64,000 nucleotides of DNA from a gamma proteobacterium symbiont of Ctena orbiculata (GCA_003058495.1 QBVC01000008.1:19164-83163), one strand, 5' to 3'; counted from the stretch's first letter, positions 28,200 through 38,369 are shown. Numbers and translations are program-made. Notes: generated from the sequence alone by a model not told the origin.

Positions 28200-28751
28200 C
28201 TAATCATTGGCCACCGCATAAATACCGGGTAGATTCCTATGGTATTCCATGTAGTCCATACCATAGCCAAAGACATATCGATCCTCGACCGTCAGGCCGA
28301 CGAAATCGGGCGCAAACCCAACCTTGCGCTCACGTAGCTTCTCGACCAATACCACACTGTATACCGACTTCGCCCCGGCGGCCTGGCAGGCCTCAACAAT
28401 AGCCGAGAGGGTGACACCTTCATCGAAAATATCATCCACCACCAACACCGTCTCGCCGGCCAGCGTGGTACTGGGTCGTCCAATCCACTCCAATGCGGCA
28501 CCACTGGTTTTGCCCCGGTATCGGGTCACGTGGATGTAGTCATGCCGCAGCGGGAAGCTGAGCCGTGTCAACAGCTGTCCGGTTGGGATGAGTGCGCCGT
28601 TCAACACGCAGAGAACCAGCGGATCCTCGCCGGAGAGTTTACCGGTAATCTCCAACGCCAGACGATCGAGTGCCTGTTCGACCTCGACCGTTGAATAGAT
28701 CTGTTCAGCGGCAGCCAGCACTTCGGCCGCTTGTCGTGCGGTTATCGCCAT
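28200..28751 (-). CDS. hpt: Hypoxanthine-guanine phosphoribosyltransferase
   Basis: PRPP motif VLVVDDIFDEGVT; DRYVFGYGMDY..RNLPGIY. Confidence 0.92.
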   Translation of the reverse strand: MAITARQAAEVLAAAEQIYSTVEVEQALDRLALEITGKLSGEDPLVLCVLNGALIPTGQLLTRLSFPLRHDYIHVTRYRGKTSGAALEWIGRPSTTLAGETVLVVDDIFDEGVTLSAIVEACQAAGAKSVYSVVLVEKLRERKVGFAPDFVGLTVEDRYVFGYGMDYMEYHRNLPGIYAVAND

Positions 28752-28796
28752 TGCGGTTTCCGTCCCATATATCAACTCAGCTCAGGTGTAACAAAT

Positions 28797-29846
28797 CTAT
28801 TCCGTGCCCAGATCGAGGCTGATCACTTCCGGCGCCACGGACAACCGATTAACGGCACGCTTCCACTGGGGGTCCTGGTGGAGCTGTTGAATCGTCTTCT
28901 GCTTGCGGCCATGCATTCTAACCAGGCGCACATGGGCGGCCGGATCTGCGTAATCCTTCAAGCGCTCCAATACTACCGTGGCGGCCTTTCGGTTATTGCA
29001 GATCAAAACCATGTCACAGCCGGCAGAGAGTGCCGCCGCCGCCCTGTCGCCATAACCGCCTGCCTCCTCGGCGGCGGCCATATTCAGATCATCGCTGAAG
29101 ATCACCCCTTGAAATCCCAACTGCCGCCTTAGCACCTTCTTCAGCCAGAATGGCGAAAAACCGGCAAGTTCCCTGTCGATATGGCTATAGATCACATGCG
29201 CCGGCATTATCGCCTCCATGCCGGCATGGATCATGGATTCAAACGGCCGTAGATCCTCCATTTCAAGATCCTCGAACCGGCGTTGGTCAATGGGCAGTGC
29301 CAAGTGGGAATCGGCCTTCACCCCTCCATGGCCAGGAAAATGCTTGCCGACCACCGCCATTCCTGCACCATGCGCCCCCTGCATCCAGGCCTTGGCCAAT
29401 CGAGCAACAATATCGGGTTGCGGGGAGAAGGCCCTGTCGCCAATCACCTCACTGACACCGAAACCGATATCGAGTACCGGGGCAAAACTGAAATCCACTC
29501 CGCAGGCCCTCAGTTCGGACGCCATCAACCAACCACCCAGCTGCGCCAACTTCAAGCCCTGTTCCGGACTTTTCCGATATTGCTCGCCATACCAGGCTGG
29601 CGGTGGAAGCGGTGTGAATCCATCTCGAAATCGCTGTACCCGGCCACCCTCATGGTCGACGGCGATAAGCAGGTGGGGATTTCTTATGCCGTGGATTTCA
29701 CTGCAGAGTCGTTCCAGCTGGCCGGGGGATTCGAAATTTCGGGTGAACAGAATCACACCCCCCACGGCGGGAAGACTCAACAGCCGTTTCTCATCCGCGC
29801 TGAGGGATCTCCCCTCGAGATCGAGCATGACCGGCCCCAGGCTCAT
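28797..29846 (-). CDS. nagZ: Beta-N-acetylhexosaminidase NagZ
   Basis: AVDHEGGRVQR, KHFPGHG..DSH and IFSDDL GH3 motifs. Confidence 0.97.
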   Translation of the reverse strand: MSLGPVMLDLEGRSLSADEKRLLSLPAVGGVILFTRNFESPGQLERLCSEIHGIRNPHLLIAVDHEGGRVQRFRDGFTPLPPPAWYGEQYRKSPEQGLKLAQLGGWLMASELRACGVDFSFAPVLDIGFGVSEVIGDRAFSPQPDIVARLAKAWMQGAHGAGMAVVGKHFPGHGGVKADSHLALPIDQRRFEDLEMEDLRPFESMIHAGMEAIMPAHVIYSHIDRELAGFSPFWLKKVLRRQLGFQGVIFSDDLNMAAAEEAGGYGDRAAAALSAGCDMVLICNNRKAATVVLERLKDYADPAAHVRLVRMHGRKQKTIQQLHQDPQWKRAVNRLSVAPEVISLDLGTE

Positions 29847-29992
29847 CCGGCCACCCCGCAAACAGGGGATATCGCAGAACAGTCCGTCGCCGATGTAGCC
29901 CCCATATCAGACCCCGTCAGACTCAATATTTCAGTCAGTATGCCGTAAACATAGGTGGAGTGGAAACCAAGCACAGCCCTGAAGGTATAAAC

Positions 29993-30406
29993 ATGCGCTC
30001 ATTCAAGCTACTACTTGCATTGTTGATGCTCCTTGCCATGCCGCTTCTCGCCGAGGATGAAAAGGACGAAGAGGAGGTCGAAGAGGCACCTCCGACCATC
30101 AGCTACTATCAGGTCAAACCCTCCCTGATCGCCAATCTGTCGAGCGGCGGCAAATATATTCGCTGCGATGTGCAACTGATGACCAATGACGAGCTCTTCC
30201 TCGAAGCGCTCAATATACATGGTCCGGCGATCCGCCATGCCCTGCTGCTTCTGCTCTCGGAACAGGATGGGAGGGACATCAAGACACCCAACGGCAAAGA
30301 GGCGCTACGCAAAAAGGCGCTCTCCACCATTGGCGAGCTGATGCAGGAACTGAGTGGCAAGAATGAACTGAAAGCCCTCTTCTTCACCACCTTTTTGGTT
30401 CAGTGA
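29993..30406 (+). CDS. fliL: Flagellar basal body-associated FliL family protein (orphan)
   Basis: N-terminal hydrophobic segment; IANLSSGGKYIRCDVQL, PAIRHALLLLLS and LFFTTFLVQ C-terminus. Confidence 0.85.
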   Translation: MRSFKLLLALLMLLAMPLLAEDEKDEEEVEEAPPTISYYQVKPSLIANLSSGGKYIRCDVQLMTNDELFLEALNIHGPAIRHALLLLLSEQDGRDIKTPNGKEALRKKALSTIGELMQELSGKNELKALFFTTFLVQ

Positions 30407-31206
30407 GCCGCCTTTGGCAGGCGTATATCGAGATAGTCCCGCAGACGATCGCCAAGCAGGTTGAGAGACAACACCACCAGCATAATGGTCACCCCCGGCG
30501 CCAGCACCATATGCGGCGCCATCAGCATGTAGCCGGCGCCATCGCGAATCATGCTTCCCCAGGATGCCTGGGGCGGCTGAATCCCCAATCCCAGAAAAGA
30601 GAGACCCGCCTCGGCGATGACCATCCCGGCCATGCCGAAGGTTGCCTCCACGATCAAGGGGGCCATCAACAGGGGCAACAGATGTTTTCTCAGGATCGTC
30701 AAGCGGGAACTGCCCAGGGCCACGGCCGCCATGACATGGTCTCGACGCTTCAATGACAACACCTGGCCGCGGGCGAGGCGCGCATAGCCGACCCAACCCA
30801 CCACAGACAGCGCGATGATCAAATTGTCGATTCCCGGACCCATGACGCCGGCCAGGGCGATGGCCAGCAAGATACCCGGAAAGGCAAGAAAGATATCGAT
30901 CACCCTGACCAGCAGCAGATCCAGCCAGCCCCCGTGATAACCGGCCAGCAGACCGACCAGGCTGCCTGCCAGGGCGGAGAAGCCGACCACGCCAACCGCA
31001 ACCATGAAGGAGGTCTGCGCCCCCGCCACCAGGCGCAGGAGGATGGACCGTCCGAGATCATCGTGGCCCAACAGGGCGGTGGGGCCGGGCGGCTGAAGAA
31101 TCCTTTCGAGATCGATAGCATTTCCCGCCTCGCCGAACCAGGGGCCGATTAATGCGGCAATGCCCCAGAGGGCGATCAGCAGATAGGGGATCCAGCGCCG
31201 GATCAT
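30400..31206 (-). CDS. Peptide/nickel ABC transporter permease (DppC/OppC-like)
   Basis: LGHDDLGRS, AFPGILLA, EAGLSFLGLG..SWG and NLLGDRLRD motifs. Confidence 0.93.
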   Translation of the reverse strand: MIRRWIPYLLIALWGIAALIGPWFGEAGNAIDLERILQPPGPTALLGHDDLGRSILLRLVAGAQTSFMVAVGVVGFSALAGSLVGLLAGYHGGWLDLLLVRVIDIFLAFPGILLAIALAGVMGPGIDNLIIALSVVGWVGYARLARGQVLSLKRRDHVMAAVALGSSRLTILRKHLLPLLMAPLIVEATFGMAGMVIAEAGLSFLGLGIQPPQASWGSMIRDGAGYMLMAPHMVLAPGVTIMLVVLSLNLLGDRLRDYLDIRLPKAAH

Positions 31207-32132
31207 CGCCCACCGCCGCCGTGGATCCGGGGATCGACCAGGCCATAGATCAGATCCGTCAGGGTATTGACCAGCACATAGGCAAGGCTGATGAAGAGCA
31301 CGCAACCCTGCACGACCGGGTAATCCCGTTTCTGGATCGATTCAATCATCAGGGAGCCGATACCGGGCCAGTCGAACACCACCTCGGTCACTACCGCACC
31401 TCCCAGCAAGGCCCCCAGCTGCAAACCAACCAGGGTGATCACCGGCAGCCATGCGTTGCCCATGGCGTGACGCCATATTACCCGTTTCTCATCCAGCCCC
31501 TTGGCCCTTGCGGTGCGCACGAAATCCTCGTCCAGCACCTCCAGCAGGCTGCTGCGAACCATTCTTGCGAGTATGGCGGCAAAGGACATGCCCAGGGTCA
31601 CCGCGGGCAGAATAAGGCTGCTCATGCCCTCCCTGCCGCTAACCGGCGTCCAGCCCAGCCAGAGTGAAAAACAGAGGATCAGCATCGGGCCCAGCCAGAA
31701 ATTGGGGATCGACAGACCCAGCATGGAGAAGCCCATGGCACCCCAATCCGCCGCGCGACCCCGGTTGACGGCGGCAACTATTCCCAGGGGAATGGCGATC
31801 AGCAGGGTGATGACCAGGGCGGCAAGGGCCAGCTCCAGGGTGGCGGGAATGCGCTCGGCAAGCAGCTCAGCCACCGCCTGTTTGGCATGCAGCGAGCGCC
31901 CCAGATCGAATCTGACGACGCCCTTCAGGTACTCCGCCAATTGCACCGCCAGGGGGCGGTCGAGCCCCAGACTGCTGCGCAGGGCCTCACGGTCCGCCGG
32001 CAGCGCCGACTCGCCCAGCATCACGTCCACCGGATCCCCCGGGACCAGGTGGATCAGCATGAAGACCAGACAGACGACGCCGACGATGACAACCAGGGCG
32101 CTGATGAGGCGGGAGAAGAGGAATCTGCCCAC
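31203..32132 (-). CDS. Peptide/nickel ABC transporter permease (DppB/OppB-like)
   Basis: PGDPV, FDLGRS, SIPNFWLG, RTARAKGL and DLIYGLVDPRI motifs; GTG start overlaps the upstream stop. Confidence 0.93.
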   Translation of the reverse strand: MGRFLFSRLISALVVIVGVVCLVFMLIHLVPGDPVDVMLGESALPADREALRSSLGLDRPLAVQLAEYLKGVVRFDLGRSLHAKQAVAELLAERIPATLELALAALVITLLIAIPLGIVAAVNRGRAADWGAMGFSMLGLSIPNFWLGPMLILCFSLWLGWTPVSGREGMSSLILPAVTLGMSFAAILARMVRSSLLEVLDEDFVRTARAKGLDEKRVIWRHAMGNAWLPVITLVGLQLGALLGGAVVTEVVFDWPGIGSLMIESIQKRDYPVVQGCVLFISLAYVLVNTLTDLIYGLVDPRIHGGGGR

Positions 32133-32617
32133 TATTCGACGATCTCCACCAGGGTGCCGTTCTCGACCCGCTCGAAAAGATCGATCAGATCCCGGTTGCG
32201 CATCCGGATGCAACCATGAGAGGCGGTGCTTCCCATCGGTTCCGTATCCGGGGTGCCGTGAATGTAGATGAAGCGGCGCAGGCTATCCACCTCCCCTCCC
32301 CTGTTCCTGCCCTTTTCGATGCCGGTCAGCCAGAGAATTCGGGTCAGGATCCAATCCCGCTGGGGCGCGGAGGCCGCGAGCCGGCGGCTAAAGCGCTCAC
32401 CGGTGGGACGGCGCGCGACGAACACCGTGTTCTCCTCGCAACCCTCGCCGATTTTCAACCGGATCCGGTGTCTTCCCCTTGGGGTGCATTCGCTTCCACT
32501 GACCTCCCCGGGGCCGTTTGCCGCGGTGGAGACCGGGTAGGTCTTTACGACCCGGCCCTCCTCGTGACAGAGCAGGCGCTGCTTCGACAACTCAATACGC
32601 AACTGCAATATGGCCAT
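32132..32617 (-). CDS. YkuD-family L,D-transpeptidase/carboxypeptidase, ElsL-like, no signal peptide
   Basis: IYIHGTPDTEPMG..SHGCIRM catalytic motif; RDWILTRILWL motif recalled from Acinetobacter ElsL; N-terminus lacks a hydrophobic signal. Confidence 0.88.
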   Translation of the reverse strand: MAILQLRIELSKQRLLCHEEGRVVKTYPVSTAANGPGEVSGSECTPRGRHRIRLKIGEGCEENTVFVARRPTGERFSRRLAASAPQRDWILTRILWLTGIEKGRNRGGEVDSLRRFIYIHGTPDTEPMGSTASHGCIRMRNRDLIDLFERVENGTLVEIVE

Positions 32618-34118
32618 CTTCCATCCCCTGTTGCCGCCGGACTCTTACCTGCTCAAGACCATCATAGTTCCCATCCCGCATCAATCGATAGCCGCTGATC
32701 CTGGGGCTCGACGCCACTACCTGCCCCTCATACCAGAGGGGCAAATAGGGCAGATCGGCATGCAGTTGTCGCTGTATCCGATGATAGAGCTGCGCTTGCC
32801 GCTCGAGTGAATCGGCTGACTCAAGCTGTTGCAGCAACCGATCGACAGCTACACTGGCATAGCGTCCACGGTTGGCGCCGGCCGGCGGCAGTGAGTCGCT
32901 GGCGAAGACATAGTTGAATATATCGGGGGTACGTATACCGACCCAGCTCAGGCTGTAGAGTTGAAAGTTGCCCGCCTTGATATCGCCGAAAAAGGTGCCC
33001 CAGTCGTAGCTGCGCAGTTCAACCTCTATTCCCACTGCCTTGAGCTGACTCTGGACCACGGTGGCAAGCCGGATCCGAAACGGATCGCTGGAGGTCTTGT
33101 AGACCAGGCGCAACGGGTTGGCGGCGCCGTATCCTGCCTCCCGCAACAGCGAGACCGCCCGCTGCGGATCGTAGGCATGGGCCTTCAATGCGTCTGCCCC
33201 CGCCCAATGCTCCGGCGGCAAGAGGGCCTCGGCCCTGCGCGCCGCACCCTGCATCAGGTGATGGATGATAGCCTGGCGGTCGATGGCATGGGCGATTGCC
33301 CTGCGCAGCCTCGGATCAGCTGTCTGGGGATCCCGGAGGTTGAAGCCGATGTAGGTAAAATTGCTGCCGTCGCGACGCTCGATTCCGATCCCCGCCTGCG
33401 CTTGGAGATAGTCGATCAGTTCAGGCGAGAGGTCGTTCTGCAGCATATCGATCTCCCCCCGCAGCAGCTTCAACACCCTGACCGTGGGATTTTTCACCTC
33501 CACGAACTCGAACCGTCGATTGTCCTCCCTGCGCTTCAATATCAGCCTTCCCGGCAGCGGCCAGGCATTAAAGGAGAAGGGGCCGCTGCCCACCGGGTTG
33601 CGGGCAAAGTCGTGATCGCTGTTGATCAGATCCGCGGGCAGGATATCCAGGGTCAGGTAGGCGGGAAAGAGGGGGTCTGAACGGGAGAGCTTAAAATCGA
33701 CGGTCAGGTCGTCCACCTTGACGATCTCTTCGATCATTGTGATTCCCGAACGTCGCGGCGAGGCATTGTTCGGATCCAGTACATAACGATAGGTTGCGAT
33801 TACATCGTCCGCATCCAGCCTTCGGCCCTGGAGGAAACGGCCCGCGCTTTGATTGAGGCGAACGCGGTAGCGGCGCGGCGACAGGCGTTGCCAATCGGCG
33901 ACAGCGGGTATCGGCATGCTCCGCTCGTCGAATGCCACCAGGCGTTGATAGAGGAGCCGGTTGATGCGTTCCGATGTGGCATCGGTGGCGTAGCGGGGAT
34001 CAAGCGTGATAGGTGCCGAGGCCAGGCCCATGCGAATCGAATCCTCCTCATACGCCGTGGAGCAGGCCAGGCTGGAGAGGGTGACCCAGAGGAGGAGTAG
34101 AGGCTGGCGCCATCCCAC
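32592..34118 (-). CDS. Peptide ABC transporter substrate-binding lipoprotein (family 5)
   Basis: Lipobox SLAC after GTG 34118; TLDPRYATDA, PVGSGPF, LRRAIAHAIDR and YDWGTFF motifs. Confidence 0.92.
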   Translation of the reverse strand: MGWRQPLLLLWVTLSSLACSTAYEEDSIRMGLASAPITLDPRYATDATSERINRLLYQRLVAFDERSMPIPAVADWQRLSPRRYRVRLNQSAGRFLQGRRLDADDVIATYRYVLDPNNASPRRSGITMIEEIVKVDDLTVDFKLSRSDPLFPAYLTLDILPADLINSDHDFARNPVGSGPFSFNAWPLPGRLILKRREDNRRFEFVEVKNPTVRVLKLLRGEIDMLQNDLSPELIDYLQAQAGIGIERRDGSNFTYIGFNLRDPQTADPRLRRAIAHAIDRQAIIHHLMQGAARRAEALLPPEHWAGADALKAHAYDPQRAVSLLREAGYGAANPLRLVYKTSSDPFRIRLATVVQSQLKAVGIEVELRSYDWGTFFGDIKAGNFQLYSLSWVGIRTPDIFNYVFASDSLPPAGANRGRYASVAVDRLLQQLESADSLERQAQLYHRIQRQLHADLPYLPLWYEGQVVASSPRISGYRLMRDGNYDGLEQVRVRRQQGMEDGHIAVAY

Positions 34119-34129
34119 GACAGGTTCCC

Positions 34130-34597
34130 CTACCAGTCGCAATAGGGATGAGAAACCAGACTCGCGTTGTAATAGCGGCTGTCCGTGGAGACCTCCTCTC
34201 CCGCCCACTCGGGCATTTGGAAAGCCTCATCCTCCGAACCCAGCTCCACCTCGGCGATAACCAGGCCGCGATTGGCGCCATCAAAGACATCGAGATCCCA
34301 GACATGGTCACCGCACCTCACCCGATAGCGCACCTTTTCGATCAATGCCCCCGCGCTATGGCTGTCCAGCAGCTCCTGCGCATCCTGCAGGGGAATGGGG
34401 TACTCGTACTCGCTTCTGCGGATGCCCCTGCTCCTCCCTTTGATGGTCAGCCGGGCCTCGCTGCCTGACACCCGTACGCGCACGGTGGCGTTGGGTTGAC
34501 TGGCCAGATAGCCCTGTTTCATGACCGATTCCCTGATCACACTGTCACGCCACTTATCGTTTATAACCAGATATTTACGCTCAATTTCTAATGCCAT
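34130..34597 (-). CDS. CYTH domain protein
   Basis: EIERKYLV, TVRVR, LTIKG, EYEYPI and AEVEL motifs. Confidence 0.93.
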   Translation of the reverse strand: MALEIERKYLVINDKWRDSVIRESVMKQGYLASQPNATVRVRVSGSEARLTIKGRSRGIRRSEYEYPIPLQDAQELLDSHSAGALIEKVRYRVRCGDHVWDLDVFDGANRGLVIAEVELGSEDEAFQMPEWAGEEVSTDSRYYNASLVSHPYCDW

Positions 34598-34630
34598 ACC
34601 TTATTTACCTGCAGGCAGCCGATGCGAGCA

Positions 34631-35965
34631 TCAACGCCTCTCGAACAGCGCGATGGATTCCACGTGCGCCGTGTGCGGGAACATATCCATGACACCTGCA
34701 CTGAGCAGGCGATAGCCCGCTTCGTGCACCAGTATACCGGCATCCCGCGCCAGGGTTCCTGGATAGCAGGAGACATAGACGATTCGCTCTGCGCCCAACT
34801 TGGGCAGATGCTCCAGCACCTCCTGGGCGCCGCTCCTGGGCGGATCGAGCAAGACCTTGTTGAAACGATGCATGAGCCAGGGTTCATTCTCCAGGCTATC
34901 GTAGAGATTGGCAGTATAGAACGCCACATTCTCGATTGCGTTGGCTATTGCATTCTCCCTGGCGCGGGCAACCAGTCCGCCATCGCCTTCAACCCCCGTG
35001 ACATGAGCCGCGGTCCGCGCCAACGGTAGGGTGAAATTACCCAACCCGCAGAACAGATCCAGCACCCTGTCGTGCGCCTCTAATTCAAGCAGCGAGATCG
35101 CCCGGCTGATCATCCTTCGATTGATATCGCTGTTGACCTGGGTGAAGTCGCTGGGCAAAAAAGAGAGCCGGAGATCGAAGTCCGGCAGTGAATAACTCAG
35201 GGATGTGGCTTCGAAATCCAATGGGCGGACGGTTTCGGGGCCGCCCTGCTGCAGGTAGATGGCCAACTGATGCTGCGGACCGAAGATGGAAAGCTTCAGC
35301 AGATCCTCCTCCGTGGGAGGCGAGAGCATGCGGAAGATCAGAATGCAGTCGTCATCACCCATCGCCATCTCGATCTGCGGTATTTGATCGCGGATCGAAA
35401 GCCGATCGATCAGCGCACTCAACGCCGGCAGCAGATCGCCTACCCGGGGATGCAGTATATGACACCGATCGATATCGGCAACGAACGAGGAACCCCGTTC
35501 ACGAAAGCCGACCAGCGTCCCGCCCTTCTTCGGCACATGGCGCACGCCGAGCCGGGCTTTGCGTCGATAGCCCCAGACCGATTCACCCACGAGGGGGCTG
35601 AGAATCTCATCGGGGATCACCTTGCCTATGTGTTTCAGGGCATCCAGCATTGCCTGTTGCTTGCCGGCAACCTGCGCCTCCGGTTTTTGATGCTGCAGGC
35701 TGCAGCCACCGCAAATGCCGAATTGGCTGCAGCGTGGCTCGATGCGCTGCACTGACGGCTCGAGCACCTCGACCACCCTGCCCTCGTCATAGCTGCGTCG
35801 GCGGCCGGTATAGATGAAACGCACCCGCTCCCCGGGCAGTGATCCATGAACGAAAGTCGCCTTGCCATCGATATGGGTCACGCCCTTGCCGTCATGGGTC
35901 AGGGATTCAATCTCCGCCTCAACCGGCTCCGCGGGGAGCGGCTTTCGCTTGCGTCTGCGCCCCAT
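34631..35965 (-). CDS. rlmD: 23S rRNA (uracil1939-C5)-methyltransferase RlmD
   Basis: TRAM domain, CGGCSLQH, DFTQVN, DLFCGLGNF, LDPPRSG, YVSC and DMFPHTAHVE motifs. Confidence 0.96.
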   Translation of the reverse strand: MGRRRKRKPLPAEPVEAEIESLTHDGKGVTHIDGKATFVHGSLPGERVRFIYTGRRRSYDEGRVVEVLEPSVQRIEPRCSQFGICGGCSLQHQKPEAQVAGKQQAMLDALKHIGKVIPDEILSPLVGESVWGYRRKARLGVRHVPKKGGTLVGFRERGSSFVADIDRCHILHPRVGDLLPALSALIDRLSIRDQIPQIEMAMGDDDCILIFRMLSPPTEEDLLKLSIFGPQHQLAIYLQQGGPETVRPLDFEATSLSYSLPDFDLRLSFLPSDFTQVNSDINRRMISRAISLLELEAHDRVLDLFCGLGNFTLPLARTAAHVTGVEGDGGLVARARENAIANAIENVAFYTANLYDSLENEPWLMHRFNKVLLDPPRSGAQEVLEHLPKLGAERIVYVSCYPGTLARDAGILVHEAGYRLLSAGVMDMFPHTAHVESIALFERR

Positions 35966-35966
35966 C

Positions 35967-36860
35967 TCAGGCCGCAGGGAAGACGTCGGTGGAGAGGTAG
36001 CGGTCGCCTCTGTCGCAGATGATGCAGACGATCACGGCATCTTCAACCATGCGCGACAGCCTCAAGGCCGCGGCCACCGCACCCCCGGAGGAGATGCCGG
36101 CGAAGATCCCCTCTCTGGCCGCCAGCTGCCGGGTGGTCTCTTCCGCCTCCTCCTGAGCGATATCGATGATACGATCGACCCTGGACGGATCGTAGATTTT
36201 CGGTAGGTAGGCCTCAGGCCAGCGTCGAATACCGGGAATACTCGAACCCTCCATGGGCTGTACACCGACAATCTCTATCCGCGGATTCTGTCTCTTCAGA
36301 TAGCTGGAGGTGCCCATGATGGTGCCGGTGGTGCCCATGGCGCTGACGAAATGGGTTACCTCGCCGTCGGTATCCCGCCAGATTTCCGGCCCGGTACCCT
36401 CGATATGGGCTTGAGGGTTATCCGGATTGGAGAATTGATCCAGGATCAACCCCCTGCCGGATGCCTCCAGTTCCCTGGCCTTGTCGATGGCGGCCTCCAT
36501 GCTCCCCTCTTTAGGGGTCAACAGCAGCTCGGCGCCGAACGCCTTCATCACGGCCCGCCGCTCATGGCTCATATTCTCCGGCATCACCAGTATCAGGTGA
36601 TAACCCTTGATTGCGGCCGCCATGGCAAGCGCTATTCCGGTATTTCCGCTGGTTGCCTCGATCAGGGTGTCACCCGGCCCTATCTCGCCGCGGGATTCGG
36701 CGTGGCTGATCATGCTGACGGCTGCCCTGTCCTTTACCGATCCGGCAGGATTGTTTCCCTCCAGCTTCACCAGCAGGGTATTGCTGCTGTCGCCGGGCAG
36801 ACGCTGGAGCCTGACCAACGGTGTATTGCCGACGAACTCTTCAATGGATTTATATTTCAT
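35967..36860 (-). CDS. cysM: Cysteine synthase B
   Basis: KLEGNNPAGSVKDR PLP motif, GIRRWP, CDRGDRYLS; adjacent to rlmD. Confidence 0.96.
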   Translation of the reverse strand: MKYKSIEEFVGNTPLVRLQRLPGDSSNTLLVKLEGNNPAGSVKDRAAVSMISHAESRGEIGPGDTLIEATSGNTGIALAMAAAIKGYHLILVMPENMSHERRAVMKAFGAELLLTPKEGSMEAAIDKARELEASGRGLILDQFSNPDNPQAHIEGTGPEIWRDTDGEVTHFVSAMGTTGTIMGTSSYLKRQNPRIEIVGVQPMEGSSIPGIRRWPEAYLPKIYDPSRVDRIIDIAQEEAEETTRQLAAREGIFAGISSGGAVAAALRLSRMVEDAVIVCIICDRGDRYLSTDVFPAA

Positions 36861-37217
36861 GGAGGGAATTCTACCCTGATTCTTCAAACGATCGCAGCAC
36901 CGAATTACCCGGCCCGTAAAAGGCTGATCCCGGACGGCTGATCGACATGGGCATTCAGGGATCTTTCGAATCTATCTGCCGGACCGGGATAGGGATTTTT
37001 CCGGAGATTCAAGTGATTTCATCTTCGCTCAGCCTGTCATCCTCCGGCCAGGTGTAAAAAGATGGTCTCGATGTTCTATTATTATGGGAACTCCGGTACG
37101 GAATCAGCTAACCCTATAGTCACATAGGCTCGCCTAGCGGACTGTTAAACATTCCGATCCAAGCCCCCGGGGTTTTATCGGAACTTACCCAAATAAAAAA
37201 ACACAGGAGGCATCGGC

Positions 37218-37646
37218 ATGCAAACGGTCAACCAGCTTTTACAACGCAAGGGATTTGATGTCGCAACCATCGATTCCAAGGCATCGGTATTCGAGGCTTT
37301 GGAGTTGATGGCTGATAAGGGCATCGGCTCACTTGTCGTAATGGAGGAGAACGATATCGCCGGGCTCTTTTCCGAACGCGACTATGCGCGCAATATCATT
37401 CTCAAAGGCCGCACCTCGAAGGATACGCAGGTTGAGGAGATCATGACCAGTCAGGTAATCGTGGTCAGCCCCGACCAGACGGTGGAGGAGTGCATGGCGA
37501 TCATGACCGACAAACGCGTCCGTCACCTGCCTGTGATGCGAAACGATGAACTGGTTGGAATCATCTCCATCGGAGATCTCGTAAAGGCAATCATTGAAGA
37601 GCAGCAGTTTGTCATAGACCAGTTGGTCAGCTACATAAACGGCTGA
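37218..37646 (+). CDS. CBS domain pair protein
   Basis: GLFSERDYAR, VRHLPV..GIISIGDLVK; RBS AGGAGG upstream. Confidence 0.93.
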   Translation: MQTVNQLLQRKGFDVATIDSKASVFEALELMADKGIGSLVVMEENDIAGLFSERDYARNIILKGRTSKDTQVEEIMTSQVIVVSPDQTVEECMAIMTDKRVRHLPVMRNDELVGIISIGDLVKAIIEEQQFVIDQLVSYING

Positions 37647-38369
37647 TCACAACAACGCCTTCATATCCCTGACCGCACGGTCAAGACCGGAGAAAAGTGC
37701 ACGACAGATTATGGCGTGTCCTATATTCAGCTCCCTGATCCCCGCGATGGCCGCTATCTGCTTGACGTTGTGGTAGTCAAGGCCATGCCCCGCGTTGACC
37801 TGCAGTCCGAGGCTGTTGCCATAGTCGACAGCATTGATGATCCGTTCCAGTTCAGTGCGCCTGGCCCGTTCCGATGTTGCATCCGCGTAGTGGCCGGTAT
37901 GAATTTCCACGACAGGCGCGGCTGTCTCCTTTGCGGCCTCCAGCTGCTTGCTGTCGGCATCGATAAAGAGTGAAACACGAATACCGGCGTCGATAAGTTC
38001 GCTGCAGTAGTCGGTCATGTAATCCAGATTGGCCGCCACATCCAGCCCGCCCTCGGTCGTCAGCTCTTCGCGCTTTTCCGGCACCAAACAACAATCATGG
38101 GGCCTGAAACGCGTGGCAATGGCCGCCATCTCCGAAGTTGCCGCCATCTCCAGGTTCATTCGTGTCTGCAGCATGCCGCTCAATATCTCAACATCTCTGT
38201 CCTGGATGTGCCTGCGATCCTCCCTTAAATGCAGGGTGACGGCATCCGCACCTGCCTGTTCAGCGACCAGGGCCGCCTGCACCGGATCCGGATAAGGGGT
38301 TCCCCGCGCCTGGCGCAGGGTGGCGACATGATCGATATTGACGCCAAGTAATATCTCGTTTTCGTCCAT
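37647..38369 (-). CDS. pdxJ: Pyridoxine 5'-phosphate synthase
   Basis: [33 protein letters not shown] and NIGHAII motifs. Confidence 0.97.
   Translation of the reverse strand: MDENEILLGVNIDHVATLRQARGTPYPDPVQAALVAEQAGADAVTLHLREDRRHIQDRDVEILSGMLQTRMNLEMAATSEMAAIATRFRPHDCCLVPEKREELTTEGGLDVAANLDYMTDYCSELIDAGIRVSLFIDADSKQLEAAKETAAPVVEIHTGHYADATSERARRTELERIINAVDYGNSLGLQVNAGHGLDYHNVKQIAAIAGIRELNIGHAIICRALFSGLDRAVRDMKALL

Noticed and set aside
37181-37210. GAACTT upstream of the CBS gene as a sigma-E promoter
   Set aside because: No TCAAA/TCTAA-like -10 at 16-17 bp spacing, and it is too close to the RBS.
37641-37652. Abutting stops of the CBS gene and pdxJ (TGATCA)
   Set aside because: Tight convergent packing is common and has no evident functional meaning.
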